Shown here one piece after another: positions 45,235 to 59,222 of a stretch of 64,000 bases of DNA. Origin of the DNA: Selaginella moellendorffii (lineage: Eukaryota > Plantae > Lycopodiophyta). The notes below the pieces were generated by a model that worked only from the letters and a program-made list of their open reading frames with translations, ran no database searches and was not told the DNA's origin. A program made the translations under genes and the position numbers. The stretch covers positions 55,982 through 119,981 of the forward strand of contig NW_003314335.1 of NCBI RefSeq assembly GCF_000143415.4. Reading direction: 5' to 3'. Numbering within the stretch: position 1 is the stretch's first letter; each line of letters begins with the position of its first letter.

Positions 45235-45549
45235 NNNNNNNNNNNNNNNNNNNNNNNNNNNNNNNNNNNNNNNNNNNNNNNNNNNNNNNNNNNNNNNNNN
45301 NNNNNNNNNNNNNNNNNNNNNNNNNNNNNNNNNNGGGGGGGGGGGGGGGGGATGGTGCGGGGTTCTAAAAGTGTTAGTAAGGATAATGGGTAGGTCAGGT
45401 ATAGCTGACCAACTTGAGCGGGGGCTGTGGGGGGTTCTAAATATACGTCAAGAAAAGGTAAATCTTGCTTTGCACTTTGTGGATATTAAACATTAAATAC
45501 AACAATCACCAACAACATAAAGTCCTTACCCAAAAAATCTATAGATGCT

Positions 45550-46900
45550 CGAATAACAAATTTGTCAAAAATATGAGGAGTGAAAAAGAGGATCTTGAAA
45601 AAGGGCATTAGCATTAGCCATAGAATTCCTTAGGTGATAAACAATATCAAAATCATATATCTTAAGCTTCAAAGCCCATCAAGTAGTATGACTAACCAAA
45701 TTTTTCCACTTCAATAATGAAGTAATTACAATATGATTTCTTTTTAGGAATGTTCAAGAACTATATAAATATGCATGAAGTTTCTTGAAACCCCAAACTA
45801 CTATTAAACACTCCTTCTCTATCATGGAGTAGCTCACCTCCATTAGTTATAACATATGATTGATGTATGCAATGGGATGGTGTTCACCAAATACACTCGA
45901 GCTCTTTTTCATCAACATCTCCAAAATTGATATCAAAAGCATCCATACGCAAAATAAAAGGTTGAGTGCAGTCAAACTATGCCAAAACTAAATGAGTCAT
46001 CAATAGTTTTTTGAGATCTATAAACGCCTACTCACAGTCCACAAATCAGATGAAAGATGACATTGACAACTTCAACAATATTTGCAACTTTGTAATATAA
46101 TTAAAAAGGTGATCAACGAAATGGCTAAGATATTGCACTTTCTCTAAGAAGTGTTGCACATCATTCACACATTTTGGAATACGAAACTTAAAAACACCCA
46201 TAAGTTTGTTAAAATCAACTTGCAAACCTTCATGAAAAATATAGTACCCAAGTTAAGTCATGTTTTTAGACTCAAACATGCACTTTGATTACTTTAGCTT
46301 TAAACCAACTTCCCGCAATCAATTCAACATTTTACAAACATTACAAATGTGTTTCTCCCACCCCTCCAAGTGGATCAAGACATTATTGATGAAGTCAATA
46401 ATCACTTTTAACATATTATAAAGAACCTTATTCATCATCAATTAGAAAGTTGCTAAAGCATTGATCAAAACCAAATAGCATTACTAAGAACTTATACAAA
46501 TTAAATGGTGTACAAAAGGTAGTTTTGGGAGTATCTTTCTTGGCCATTAGCACTTGTTAGTATTTAAAAGTAAAACTTAACTTGGTAAATAATGACTTCT
46601 CCTTAGATGATCCAAGAGATTAGTAGTGTGAGGAAGGGTTTAAAACCCTAAACTGGAATTATTATTTCATTTAAAAGACAATAGTTGATGCAAAAATGAA
46701 TATTCCCATCACATAAGATAAGGTTCACATGCTTAAGGATTTTGCAATTTTTGAATAACACCTTTTTCCAATATTTTTTTGACGTTTACACTTAAAATTT
46801 TGATCTCTTTTGGTGATTGACAACAAATAGGAACTTTGATTAGACAAGCATCTCTTGTTGGAATAAAATGAGTGCTGCAATCTTGGCCCCAAATGATAGG
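45550..46900 (-). mobile_element. Decayed Ty3/gypsy pol (RT/RNase H)
   Basis: Minus-strand YKFLVMLFG..F.LMMNKVL (RT MPFGL motif) near 46440-46500, and VLA.FDCTQPFILRMDAFD (RNase H linker) near 45930-45995; full of stops. Confidence 0.75.
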
Positions 46901-48569
46901 ACAAATTCAAAAAGATTGACATACTTCTTCATGAGCTAGTCAACTGTTGCAATACAAAGACTGTCAAAGGGATCTAAAGAAAGAATAAAAGAACAAGATG
47001 TGACACACAAATCCCAAAGCCCCAAAAGTGGAGCCAAAAGGGGGGGAGGGCTACAAAGGTTTCCAAAATTATAGTAGAGAGAGTGTGAGGGTTGGACTTT
47101 AGTGGAACTAGTTTAGTTAGGAAAGGCTAGTGTGACCTAGGAAAGTTATACCCATATATTGGGTGATGATACATCCATTGAGGGGTCCAAGACTAAAGTG
47201 AATATAAACAAATAAATGGGGTAGCTTAGTGATGTGTTCAAGAACAAACTTTAGCTCCCTCAGGAAATCGAATGGTCGATGCTCTCAATCCAAGTGTGGG
47301 TGGCACTACTTACTTGGATACCTGGTGTGGCTTATCAGAACCTCGCTTTAGCCACATGGCTAGGGCACCCAAAAGCAGAAGGTGGAAAGAGTATCTACAA
47401 GGCTTGTATAGGGCCACAATATTTCGAAATGTTATTCTAGAGTATTAGTCTAAGGAAAGGAAGAGGAGTAGTCCTCTTATGTGGTGATCAAAGATGCAGT
47501 CATGTGGCAAGGAAGTTCCAGAGGTTAGTAGGACATAGTGGTCTAGCTTGTGGGCTTCGACCTAGTGGCAATGTTAGCAAACATAGCCATGAATGAACAC
47601 TTGGTGGGGACCAAAAAAGGGATATTGGGGAAGGCTGATCCCCATGCCTACAAGCATTATAAAGATGCCAAGGAGTGGATCTGGGATGATCACTCATGGA
47701 CAGATGGCTTAGACTTTGAGAGATAGGGTTGTGATATAGATGGTGTTGGATCATTAGTGTGACAAAGGTGAATGGGCATGGCCTTAGCATAACAAGTTGA
47801 TATGTTAGTGGTACCTTTGGGTGTCAATCATAGGATTGGACATGTGGAGCACTTGGACTAAGTGCAAAGGCTAAATGGTATAGATGCCATTCACAAGGCT
47901 AGCATGTCCCTAAGTTCTAAATAGGACTTATAGAGATTATGAGGGAGACTTATCCAAATGGTTAAAGATGTGGTTAAGTGACTAAAATAGAATGAAAAAT
48001 TTAATCACTTATACAAGCCAAAAATATAAAAGAAAGTAATAAGGAGATAAAAGTGATGGAAGCAAAGAAACGAAGAAGAACAAAAGTGAAAGGAATAAAA
48101 AAATATAAAGAAGTATGAAACAAGTGGGAGAAGCTTCAAAGTCACACTTGGCATGATTGCACTGCAATCAATCCATATTAAAAATGAGGTTAAAAGCTTG
48201 ACTTGGCACCACTTGCAAAGACTGCAACTCAAGTTTGAGATCGCTAACATGCACAACTAAGTTTGCCTCATTTTATGCACATGCGTGTGTATAGCCATTG
48301 CCATAAGGAATGAAAACTAACTCTACTGCATAACATAAATGTAAATGACAATTTGTGGCAACATGCCAAGCAATAAAAATTAAATTTAAGCATGTATCAA
48401 CCAATACAAAGAGAATAATAAGAGATATTTTGTTATAAAAATGAGCTTGGAAAGTAAATACTAAATGAACTAGTACTGAGTGAACCCTTGATGATACTCC
48501 CGAAAGAAAGATAAAAAGGTTATTAACTTATTTGTACAAGGATCCTTCACTACTCATATGACTTCTTGT

Positions 48570-50315
48570 TTTCTGGAAGTATCTTAGTGTCCAAACCTTC
48601 CACTACAATAGCATCAATAGAATGTTGTTGATGCCAAAATTGCCATCTAGGAAATTAAGGTTGTTAATTTGAAAAACACCAACAACACTGATAAGTGTGA
48701 TTAAATTCATCACATGCCTAATGCCTAACAGTGGATGTCATGGCCACGACCACGTCCTTGCCCTTGTTCTTAAACATGGGCAGTAATAGTATCAACTTAC
48801 ATTTGGAATAGAACCATCTCCCATAGGAAGTAGAGTTGAAGAACATATAGTGAAAAGTAAAAAAAAACAATGTTTCATAATGTTGTGCCTAGCAAAGAGC
48901 ATTATCAAGAGTGGTTGGAACAAGTGCATACGCAAGTTCTATAAGATTTTGTAATGCATGTGATTATGAGATGAAATTTAAATATATTGTTACTAGGGTA
49001 ATAAATGAGGATTAAGCCACTAAGGGTACGTCTTTCGTTTTGTAAAGCATCCATAGACTAAGGTATCCACCATCGGATTGTGGTACGAATGGATGACTAA
49101 TTGCTTTATATGAAATAATTAGTCTACATAATAGAAAATTGGTAAATTTAGTCCGGAAATAGAGGTGTTAGTTTTTTTTGGCTCAGTAGGGATTGTTAGT
49201 CAATAGTCAACAATAGTCAATAAGGACATTAACATTTTTAGGGGGGGGGGGGGGGGGGGGGTGGGGGCGGAGGGGTGAGTGTAATGCATGTGATCATGGG
49301 ATAAGATTTGGATATACTATTATTGTGAATCCTTAGAATTTTAAAAAGATAAAATAATTACTAAAGTGGATTTTTGGAATCGTGGGGGATAAATGGGGAT
49401 AAAATAGCCATTAAGGGCTCTTTTATTAAATAACTACCTCTTTTCCAATTGGTTTAAGGGGAGAGAGATAGAGTGCATTATAAATTTTAACAAAGTGTTA
49501 GCCACAACATTTTAAACTTGATCTGCTCAGATATATTTAACTTTGCATGAAGCAAAAGGTTTTGGAAACAAACACCAAATTGCATTTTTTATTTAAATAA
49601 CCCTTGACTAAGATGATGTAATTATTAGAAGGTATTATCACAATTATTGGCATGTTTAAATACATATTTGAAAATGTCTGAGAGAATGTTCCAATCTATA
49701 TGAGTGGTTACGCTCAAACTATTGTACCACTATAACACCATCCCTTTGAAATATATGGGAAATTCATATAAATGCCAAGTATCATCCCAAGAATAATATA
49801 TAATAATCATCATAAAGTGATCGAACAAATAGTACACATCATCCCTAGGATTCTTATGGAAGAACTCCAGTCAAATGTGAAGATTAGCAACAAGAGCAAA
49901 AGGAATTGTATTACGTGCTATGAATGTTGCCATTAATTAAGTTTAATTGTTCAATTGCATAAACATTGAGCAATTGCATTAATTATTACTCTAGATTCAA
50001 AAGAGAAGGTTTGGCACTAAAACAAAAAGGAAAAAATAAAAAAGAAAAAATTGAAAAATCTATAAGGAAAATGATATTTAGATGATGTAAAAGTTAAATT
50101 TGAACCAAAATCCCAAATCCAAACACTCAAGACAATCAAAGTTACCCCTTATCTCCATCAATATGAATGCATGAAATATAAAAATAAAATAAGAAATGTG
50201 CATATTAATTAACCCAAAAACTCTAACTTATATACATGAGTAAGTGGTTTAAATTAAAGTCCCACTATACTAATATTAGTATATATTATGGTAGCCCTAA
50301 CACTTAGATCTCACA
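48570..50315 (-). mobile_element. Older copy of the gypsy LTR+gag remnant family
   Basis: Ends CACTTAGATCTCACA (50315) and is homologous to blocks of 7990-9322. Confidence 0.65.
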
Positions 50316-50576
50316 TATTAAAATAAACTAGAATATTGTAGTATATAAATTATAAATATAAAATTAATATTAATAAGATGGTAAAATATTTTAGAATATC
50401 TAAATATATTTTAAATATCACCTAGTAAACCAAAATATTAAAATAATACAATGCAGTTGAAAGTTTAGAACTTAAGGTTTAGATTTAAGGCGAATATACC
50501 TCTGCGATTCTTGGAAGCGATCGATTTCTTGATTGCTAGTTCCTTCCGCGGCAATAACAGAGCTTCTTGGACAGGC

Positions 50577-51712
50577 TCATTGGTGAAATATTAGCGCAAA
50601 TATTTGCCTCGCCATGCGCTCGATCTCGCGCTTAGAAGCTCGGGACAATGCTGTCACTGGGCACTCAAAGGAACCGGTCAGATTCCTGGGCAGCGAAATC
50701 GAAAGCGAAGATTACTCACGCCAGGGAAGAAATGGGAAGTTGCATTGCTCGTCCGGGATAGAGATAGCGAATGCTACTGCCTGGATACATAATCGAGGAT
50801 GAGAGCGAAAGAGATGCGTTCTTTCATACCAGGATCGACGCAGCGGAGAGGTCAGAGAGAACGCTGGCAAAGTTGAATTGGCCGTCGCCATATAGCAAGT
50901 CGATGATGTGAAAAACCGTGCTTTGCTTGACTAGCTTCCCAACCGTGGCTGTGTTCCTGTGAGAGAGAGCGCAGCAATGGAATCGATACCTCCATTCAGT
51001 TGTGGCGTACCTAAGCTTGGACAGTAAATCGCTCGCGACATCAGAGACTAGAGTACCCGTCCGGACATCAAACTTCATGGCCTTGAGGAACAAAGGAAAA
51101 TCGGTGTTAAAAACGCTTTAAAACGCTGCGCGGCAACCTTCATGAGCAAGATCTCCTGGAATCACACGAAGGAGTTGGCAAACTTTCACTTAAAACTCGT
51201 GAAAAAGGAGAGAACTCACCGCCTCAGCGAAGTCCCTCGTACAAGTATGAACGTCGGGAATTAAATCGTTGGCAATCTCCTTGAGAAGAATCGGCTTTGT
51301 TTCGTGTATCTGAGCTTTCGAAGGAATGAGAAGAATGAAAAGAAAAGCCTGGATCACACTGTGCCTTGCTCGCGATCCAAACGAAGACGAGACCGATGAA
51401 CTGGAGGCTCTTCCTGGCAACAAGCCGCGAAATCTGCTCCTCCACGGCGCTCCCACAATCCATTCTGCCAGGAAATCATCCACTCAGGCACACAAATCGC
51501 AGGAAATTTTCCAGACCTGTGCATCCATGGAAGGAATCGGTCGGCAAAGAGCGACAGCGCGCAGTATTTCGTCGATGGGAGCGCATTCACGAGCTACGCG
51601 GCCAGGAATCGTCGATAAGATCATAGATTTCGATCTCACTTGCCTCGCAGACGTGAAGAATGAGCGCCACGGCCTCCCGCCGCTCCGCCTTGCCCACTGG
51701 TGCCATAGCCAT
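50577..51712 (-). CDS. CYCJ18: Cyclin J18-like, multi-exon
   Basis: Spliced product: LPSTKYCALSLFADRF, LQFIGLVFVWIASK|IHET, TRDFAEA.EILLMK.AMKFDV, IIDLLY, LSAASIL, AISIPDEQCNFPFLPW, collinear with plant CYCJ18 as I recall it. Confidence 0.85.
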
Positions 51713-51717
51713 ACCAG

Positions 51718-51728
51718 TTTAGGGTTTT
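51718..51728. promoter_or_regulatory. Telo-box (AAACCCTAA on the minus strand) between two divergent start codons
   Basis: TTTAGGGTTTT lies in the 30-bp gap between ATG 51712(-) and ATG 51743(+). Confidence 0.5.
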
Positions 51729-51742
51729 ATGATTCAAAGGCT

Positions 51743-53908
51743 ATGGCGGAAATGCCGCTAGAAAGCTGTGGGTGTGGAGGGCTCGTCGTGAGTAGCAGAT
51801 GGAATCCGGGCTTCTTTGCCAGCGCCGTGCCACTGAAGGTGTCGCTTCTTTCCAGATTGAAGCAGCAATCCTCGCAGCGATGGCCGCGAATTCGATGCGT
51901 GAGTAGCCGCGTCACCGAGCATAGCTTGCGGCATCAGCCTGGAATCCACATTGATGGCGGCGATGGCGCTCGAGCTCACCCGCGGCTCATGGATTGGATG
52001 CTCGAGCAGGGTCTTCCGCCGTGCAAGGTCTCGCTCAAGGAGCGCGATTTGAATGGAAAGACGATCAGATACGTGGTTGCGAGCGAAGATTTAAAGGTAA
52101 TGTATGATCTCTTATTTTTCTTTGTGTTCTTTAATATGACCATCGGGTTTCTTTCAGCCTGGAGACTTGGCGCTCTCAGTTCCTATGTCCTTGGTGGTAA
52201 CACTGGAAAGAGTTCTAGGCAATGAAACCATTGGTGCGTGATCTTTCTCTTCACTTTCTCGCTTTGTTTGTGCGAATTTTCGTGTTCTCATCTTTGTTCT
52301 TGATTTTCAGCTGAATTGCTGACTACCAACAAACTCTCCGAGCTTGCATGCCTCGCGCTCTATCTTATGTACGAGAAGAAACGCGGCAAAGAGTCGTTTT
52401 GGTACCCCTTTATTCGGGAGCTCGATCGGCAGCGTGGTCGAGGACAAGTCGCTGTAGAGTCTCCGTTGCTATGGACCTCGGAAGAGCTTGACGAGTATTT
52501 CACGGGAAGTCGAATGAAGGTTTGTTCTATATTCTTTTGAGATTGTAGCTCAACTGGGAGTGTTTCCATTCTTGCAAACAGGAGGTCGTACTGGAGCGCC
52601 TCGAGGGGATTAAGCGAGAATATCAAGAGCTCGACACTGTATGGTTTATGGCCGGTTCGCTTTTCAAGGTACTAAAAGGTTTTTTCCTTTTAGCTTTGCG
52701 TGTGAATCTGTGCATTGTTGATGGATTGACGCGCAGGAGTATCCTTTCGATATTCCAACAGAGGCATTCTCTTTTGAGATTTTCAAGCAGGCCTTTGTCG
52801 CGGTCCAGTCTTGTGTCGTTCACTTACAGGTAAATCATCCTTCTTAATGCGGTAGTTTCACGGAGCCGTCTTAACAGTAGTTTGCAGGGAGTAAGTCTGC
52901 CTCGACGTTTCGCTCTAGTGCCTCTTGGTCCACCACTATTGGCTTACAAGAGCAATTGCAAGGCCATGCTCAAGGCTGCAGGGGACTTAGTCCGTTTGGA
53001 AGTCGATAGAGCTTACAAGAAAGGAGAGCAAATTCTTGTCTGGTACGTTTCTTGCTTTGTCATCCGATATTTTTTGAATCTAGATATTTCAGGTGTGGTC
53101 CTCAGCCAAACACGAGATTATTGCTGAATTATGGTTTCGTAGATCCAGATAATCCACACGATCGTCTTAGTGTTGAGGTAAGCTGTGGTGTGTAAACTGT
53201 GTCTCTAAAGTATATCATTAACTTCTCAGGTTCTGTGTGAAGGCCTCGTTAAACACTCGGGATCCATTCTACCAAAACAAGCGGATTATTGTCCAGAAGA
53301 ACAACAGGCTGACAATACAAAACTTTCAGGTATGCCACTGTTGATCCAGAGAAGTTGGGTTGTTGCTCACGCAACGTCATTTGGTGCACAGATTTTCAAA
53401 GGCAGGGAGAAAGAGGCCGTTCTTGAGATGCTGCCATACTTGAGGCTTGGACACGTCTCTGATCCGTACCATATGGAATCTGTATTTTCTGCTGAAGGTC
53501 CAACTTGTCCGGTAAGTGCCACCAGCTGGAAGGAAAAACTACAGTAGAGTTGTTGTCTTATACTTTTGTTTTTTTCTACAGGTGAGCGCTTGCAACGAAC
53601 GAGCAGTTCTCGACCAGCTTGCGCAGTACTTTCAAGAGAGGATAGCAAAATACAAGACCACGATCGACGAGGATAGAGCTCTGGTATGGCGTTGGCAAGT
53701 TTTTCCTCTGGTTTTTATATGTTCCTCGCAGCTCGAAGATTGCTCCAGTGATATCAATCCCAAGCAAAGAGTCGCGACCCAGCTGCTGCTTATCGAGAAG
53801 GAAATCCTCCACAACACTCTCGACGTTGTGAATGGATTCCGGAACCAGTTGCCGGATGGATCAGTAGCTCCTCCCTGCTGCGGAGATTTCGTCCCAAAGC
53901 TCAAGTGA
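51743..53908 (+). CDS. SAFE1: Chloroplast SET-domain, Rubisco-LSMT-like methyltransferase (SAFE1/At5g14260-like)
   Basis: Transit-like N-terminus; YVVASEDL, LLTTNKLSELACLALYLMYEKK, IRELDRQRGRGQ, FALVPLGPPLLAYKSNCKAML, WCGPQPN..LLLNYGF; about 12 exons. Confidence 0.88.
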
Positions 53909-54972
53909 AAAAACGAAAGGAAGAAGATCGATTCAACAAAAGCTTTGGTCGCGAAGAAGAATCGCGAAGGTCTAAAAGCTTGACGAGCAAAAAGAAGATC
54001 CACCCAATGGGATCGTTCCAGAGCAACCGCCAAGCGTCCCGGCATATTTCTCGGAATATACCTTTCCCCGCCATGCGGCAAGATGCCCATGTCATGTATG
54101 GGTCCGGTCCATCCACGTCATGGCACGATTTTATTATATGGCCGCGCCACGTGGCCAGATGCAGTTCCTCGACCTTGATCTATGGTTAAAACTCGCATTT
54201 TGACGCACGGGTTGGTAAAAAATAGCAACGGCGATTGCCAGGTGCTAATTAGGGAGGTAGCACCGACGGCCACGATGGCGCCGCGGTCGTGAGATCACAC
54301 CTGGGCCGTCCGATCTCACTCAGTTTCTACGCTTGTCGTTCCGTTCGGTTTCCTTTTCTCATCCTTCGCTACTAATGTGTTCTCTCCCGCCATAGCTGAG
54401 CCTTTCTTTTTTCCTCTCTTTCTTTGTGGAAAGCCCTGGCGCCGCGAGAGAACCCTAGAACCAGTCGATCTTTCTTGGCCCAGGGCGGAGCTGGTTAGCG
54501 GCGCTGGGGCGGCGACGGGGAATAAAAAATATTTTGGCGGAGCGCGGCGCGCTTCGGTTTCTAGGGTAAGGCGATTCCTCCTCTTTGCGGCGGCGGCAGA
54601 GAAGAAATCCGTGGCGTGATTTGCTGGCAGGGATTGCAAGCGGCAGCGGTGCTGTAGATCTGGTGCCGCCGTGGTCGATCCGGCTCCAGGCATCGCGAGC
54701 TCGGGGCAGGGCGGTTTCTCTAGGATCTGGCGGTTCTTTTTGGCGGTTATTAGCGTCTTTTTGGGGTATGCTGGCGGCGACTTCTTCGCAGGGATGAGGC
54801 CAAGGAGAGATTTTCTCGACGAGTTCGTGCATGATGGGTGTGGCTAGCAGCGGCAGTGGCGGCAAGATGCTATGGGGCTCCAGATGACAGGAATCCAATT
54901 GGGCGCCGGCTTGGCGGCTTGCTCGTCGTCTTGGATATCACGGGGAGGAATCGCGCAGGCTTTTGGTCGAGC

Positions 54973-57900
54973 ATGCGGGGTGTCGGCCCTGTCCCAGTCA
55001 TGAGTCCCATGTCCAAGTCATTCCGGAAGCGTGAGCGTTCGTCTGGAGCGTCGAGAAACGTTAAGAACAGTAGCAGCAGCACGGCCACCGGGGCCTCGCC
55101 ATCGAAGAAGCCCAAGCTCGCCGTCACCGATTGCTCTGGGGATCCTTCTCTCGAGAAGCAGCAGCAGCAGCAGGAACAGGAACAGCAGCGGCAGCAGCAT
55201 GAGAACACCACCACCTCGTCGCCGGCGCTGTCCGGGGCCTCGAGCCTCTCCACCTCGAATCATCCAAGAGTCGGGGCGGCATCGGTCTCGAGCCCATCCA
55301 CGCCGGACAGACCGGGGCAGTGGTCCTTACGTCCAAGACAAAGCTCGGGAGGAATCGTGAAGAGGACCCGGAGGCTGTACTACGACGTCCACTTAACCGA
55401 GGACGACGCTATCAAGCTTCTTGGTCACCGGATTAAGATGTGGTGGCCACTGGACAAAAGGTGGTACCTCGGAGAGATTAAGAACTACGACAGTGAGCTC
55501 CGGCAACACTGGATCGTCTACGACGATGGCGACAAGGAATGGGTGAAACTTGAGGAGGAGAACTTCAGGCTCCAGCTGCTGCCCGGGGATAGCTTCGAGC
55601 GAGCTGCCAAGCCGAGGTCGTCAACGTACTGCCTCAACTCCGAGAAGGACGAGGAGGATGTCGACATCACGGCCGACGTGTGCTCTCGTCTGGTCGAACA
55701 GCCATCCTCGAGGGCGACGAGTGCGGCGAGCGAGGATAATTCATCGGCTCAGAACGTTGTTCCAGGGCCAAAGCCAGTGTCCGTGTACGCGAGGAGACGT
55801 CACTCTAGGAATGGGTCCAGGGGCAGTGGAAGCGTGCCTGTCACGTCTGCGGCTTCCACGGTTGAGACCGATACGATCGAAGTGCAGAGTCCTATTAGAG
55901 TATGTGAACCGTCTAACACTGCTCTGTCATATGAAGGTAATTGTGATCTTCTCTGGCTGCTGGTTTTTCCTGACGCGGTGGCCTTTTGCAGATCAGGAGG
56001 GTCTCTCCGTAACTTTTGGTGAAGCAGAACCGGAGCTAGGAATTATAGCCAAGGATGTAGAACAGGAGGTTAGGATGGTCGAAGGTGGTAGTACAGGCTA
56101 TAACAGGGAAATGGACAGCCAAAGCCTCGTCAAGTGGCCTTTGAGCAGGAACGTAGCGGAACTATTGAGATTTATTGAGATCAGGTCTAGAAGTCGCAAA
56201 GGTACTCTAGTTGGCGGTAGACTTTTGAACCAGGTGTGGCGGGGTATGCTACCAGTTTGGAACATGGGGAACCTTTTCGATATAAAACTGGGGCCGTCGA
56301 CCGAGCTCCTCGCTTCCGGGGAAATGACCCCAACGGTGATGATGGAGTCTCCAAAGACAGGCCCGGGAGGTAGCGGATCTTCCCTCTGCATGTTGATCAG
56401 CTGGAACGGTTTCACGCTTGAGAAGAATGCGAGGTTGAAGGAGGTGCTTGAGACGAGCTTGAGACGCATCCAGAGCGAACAGAGGAAGCAGATATTCTGG
56501 AAGAACACTATCTCGGGGTTCAAGGCTCCCAGGAGGGACTTCTCTGTCCATACAGGATCAGGGTCTTACTTGTCGGTGACGCTGTTGAGTGTTCCATCCA
56601 ATGGCCGTCAGCTGCTTATGGACCCGGTGACACAGACGACACACTCGGCCGAGCTGGTTAGCGATAGGCAGCTTTGCACCAATTTTTTCAAGAGCCTGCC
56701 TTGTTCGGCACCGGCGACGGAGCTCGTCTTCACTGCTCTCGTTGACGGCCGCCATAGTGGCTCTACGACACCTGGAGAGGTTCGAGAGACTCGCTTAAAC
56801 ACTAAGGCCAATTGTGCACAGACTGCTGTAAGTGTACTTTTCTTTTCTTGCAATCTTGAAACAGCTTTTGCTATAACGTTTTTTTTTTCTCATCGTGTTT
56901 TTGGTAATTCAGAGAGTAACGCCATATGCTGCTCGTTCGTCTACGGGTGACAAGGCACGCATGCTTTTCAGCAAGAACTTGCGTAAGTTTTCCCACCTGC
57001 GTAAGATCTTCCACAGCAAGTGGAAAGACCTTAGTGGCCCTGGTCTGCGGCTGTCCATCAACGAGAGCCTGGGCCTCTTTTCTTCCAGGCACCTCCCTAT
57101 ACTACTCAGGATACATCGGCTCAACACACAGGCAGTCTTACTTCTTCGAGCATCCTCTTGTCAAGCTGGCACCTCCGGCAGTCCAGAGACAAGGCCCGGT
57201 TTACAGGAGCTACTTAGTATGAGCAAGAAAGGAAGGAGGACGATAAAGGGGATTAAAAGGATAAGCCAGGAAGAAGGACTTCCCTTACCGCCACCAAAGC
57301 GTATCAGAATCGCAGTGCCCGAGCCAGCGCCGGTCCCTGCCACTCCGACCGTGGAAGAGCAGCCGAGTCAAGATGATGGTAGAGCCCGGGGAAACATCTT
57401 GAAGCTAAGAAGATGCCCGACTAAGAGAGGAGCGATGTGGTGCGTTGCAACGAGCACGGAGAGTGTCTACGATGACTTGGGGGAGTCTCCATCGTCGGGA
57501 ACCTGCACAGCAAACCTTCTCATAGTTCAAAGTGACAGAGGCTGGCGAGAAACCGGGGCTACTATCGAGCAGCAGGCTGATGGTGATACTTCGATACTCG
57601 TCGTCTCACTCAATGGCGAGGTACTTTATACTTACAAGGCCTACCAGCCCATACAGGCGGGGATCTCCAACAAGCACACACACGCTTTGATGTGGAGGGG
57701 TGGCAAAGACTGGATGCTGGAGTTTACGGACAAGATGCAGTGGAGCTGCTTTAGAAGCATGCACGCTGCTTCGTGCGTGACAAACGCCAGGGCGCTGTCC
57801 ATGAAGCACATTCCAATCCCAGGTGTTCGTGAGGTCCCTGACGACCCAGACCTTTCGGTTTCGTTCCTCCGACCTTGGGGAGGCTATATCAAACAGCCAT

Positions 57901-59222
57901 CCGGGGAAATCGACGCAGCCTTGTCAACTTCCAGGGTCTTGTACGACATGGATAGCGAAGACGAGGAGTGGCTTGATGCGCAGGCGGATGAGATCACGGA
58001 CGAGGTTTTTGAGAAGACTATCCATTACCTGGAGAGGGCGGCTTATATTCAAAAGCAAGAGATCTCTCTGCCCGTCGCTGTGGAGCTGTGCTCTTCGCTA
58101 GCACCGGCGGAGGCGATCACTCTGATACACGCTCACTGGCTGGAGAGAAGGCGCAAGCACGGAATGGCATTGATACGCTGCTTTCAAGTAAGTTTTTTCT
58201 GTGTTTTTACTTGTGTGAGCTTAACTTGACTTGTTTGATTGCGCACAGGCTCCTGCCTGTGATCGGTACGAGGCCGCTCTCCAGGCGTGGAGAGACTCTT
58301 CGAAGCAAACCAACCAGCCACCCGTATTTGCGTTTTGCATGCGGCCGAACGGATCTCACAAGATGAGCAGGCAACGTTCACAGCGAAGAATCAGTCATGT
58401 TGATCATCAATACTTGGACGACGCACAAGGTAGGAACACTGTTTAGTCATTTCTTTTGGAGTATAGCTCATGGCTTTCCGCGTCACAGGCCTCAGGAACG
58501 TGATTATCGAGCCCTTCGACTCCGAGTTCTACTCTGGCAGCCCGGGCTCGGACGCCTTCGACGACGGCTCCTACGGCACTCCTTCGCAGAGGCTCGGTTC
58601 CAGGTCCAAAGGCAGGAAGCCCGGGAAGAGGCCGAGGAGGATGAAGTCCATCTCGGGCGGCAGCGGCAGCGAGGAGCGCAGGGGCGTGCGGACGTTCATC
58701 GCCCCGGCCACTGCCATGAACTTAATGGACGAGGCGGACCAGTTCGACGGCGGTGACTCGTGCTCGAGCATGGACTTCGACCTCAACGACGACGCTCTCG
58801 TCAAGGCCCAGCTCGCGAGGAAGGCGGCCAGGATTGCAGCGTCCAAGGCGGCCCGAGCGCAGGAGCTCTACGCCGTGGCGGACGCGGCCATGAAGAGGGC
58901 GGTGGCGTGCCTGATCGAGGCGGAGGCGCTGGCGGCGGCGGAGAAGGCTGGGCGGGACAACGCGTATGCCAAGCTCGACCAGCAGCAGCAGCACGGCATG
59001 GGCGCTGCCGAGGAGATCGAAGACGATGACGATTTGCTGCTGCCTATAAGCAACTGGACGCAGGAGTTTGGGTCGGGGCTCATACAGAAAGGTGGCGGAG
59101 GTGGCAGCGGCGGCGGTAGCGGCGGTGGTGGTGGCGGTGGTGGTGAAGCCACGGTTGCCAGCCCCCGGAAGAGCTTGAGGTACATAAACCAGTCTTCGCT
59201 TTTCAAGGGGATGGTGTCGTGA
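54973..59222 (+). CDS. Tudor + Enhancer-of-polycomb-like (EPCR-type) chromatin protein
   Basis: Tudor: LLGHRIKMWWPLDKRWYLG..HWIVYDDGDKEWVKLEEENF. EPL1 region: CTANLLIVQSDRGWRETGA, THALMWRGGKDWMLEF, IPIPGVREV, YDMDSEDEEWL. Exact start uncertain. Confidence 0.88.

Noticed and set aside
51326-51742. N-terminal 139 aa of the 299-aa ORF
   Set aside because: Antisense shadow of CYCJ18 exons; the SET gene more plausibly starts at 51743.
59090-59145. GGC/GGT repeat, and CAG runs near 55157
   Set aside because: Ordinary poly-Gly and poly-Gln coding microsatellites in the EPL-like gene.
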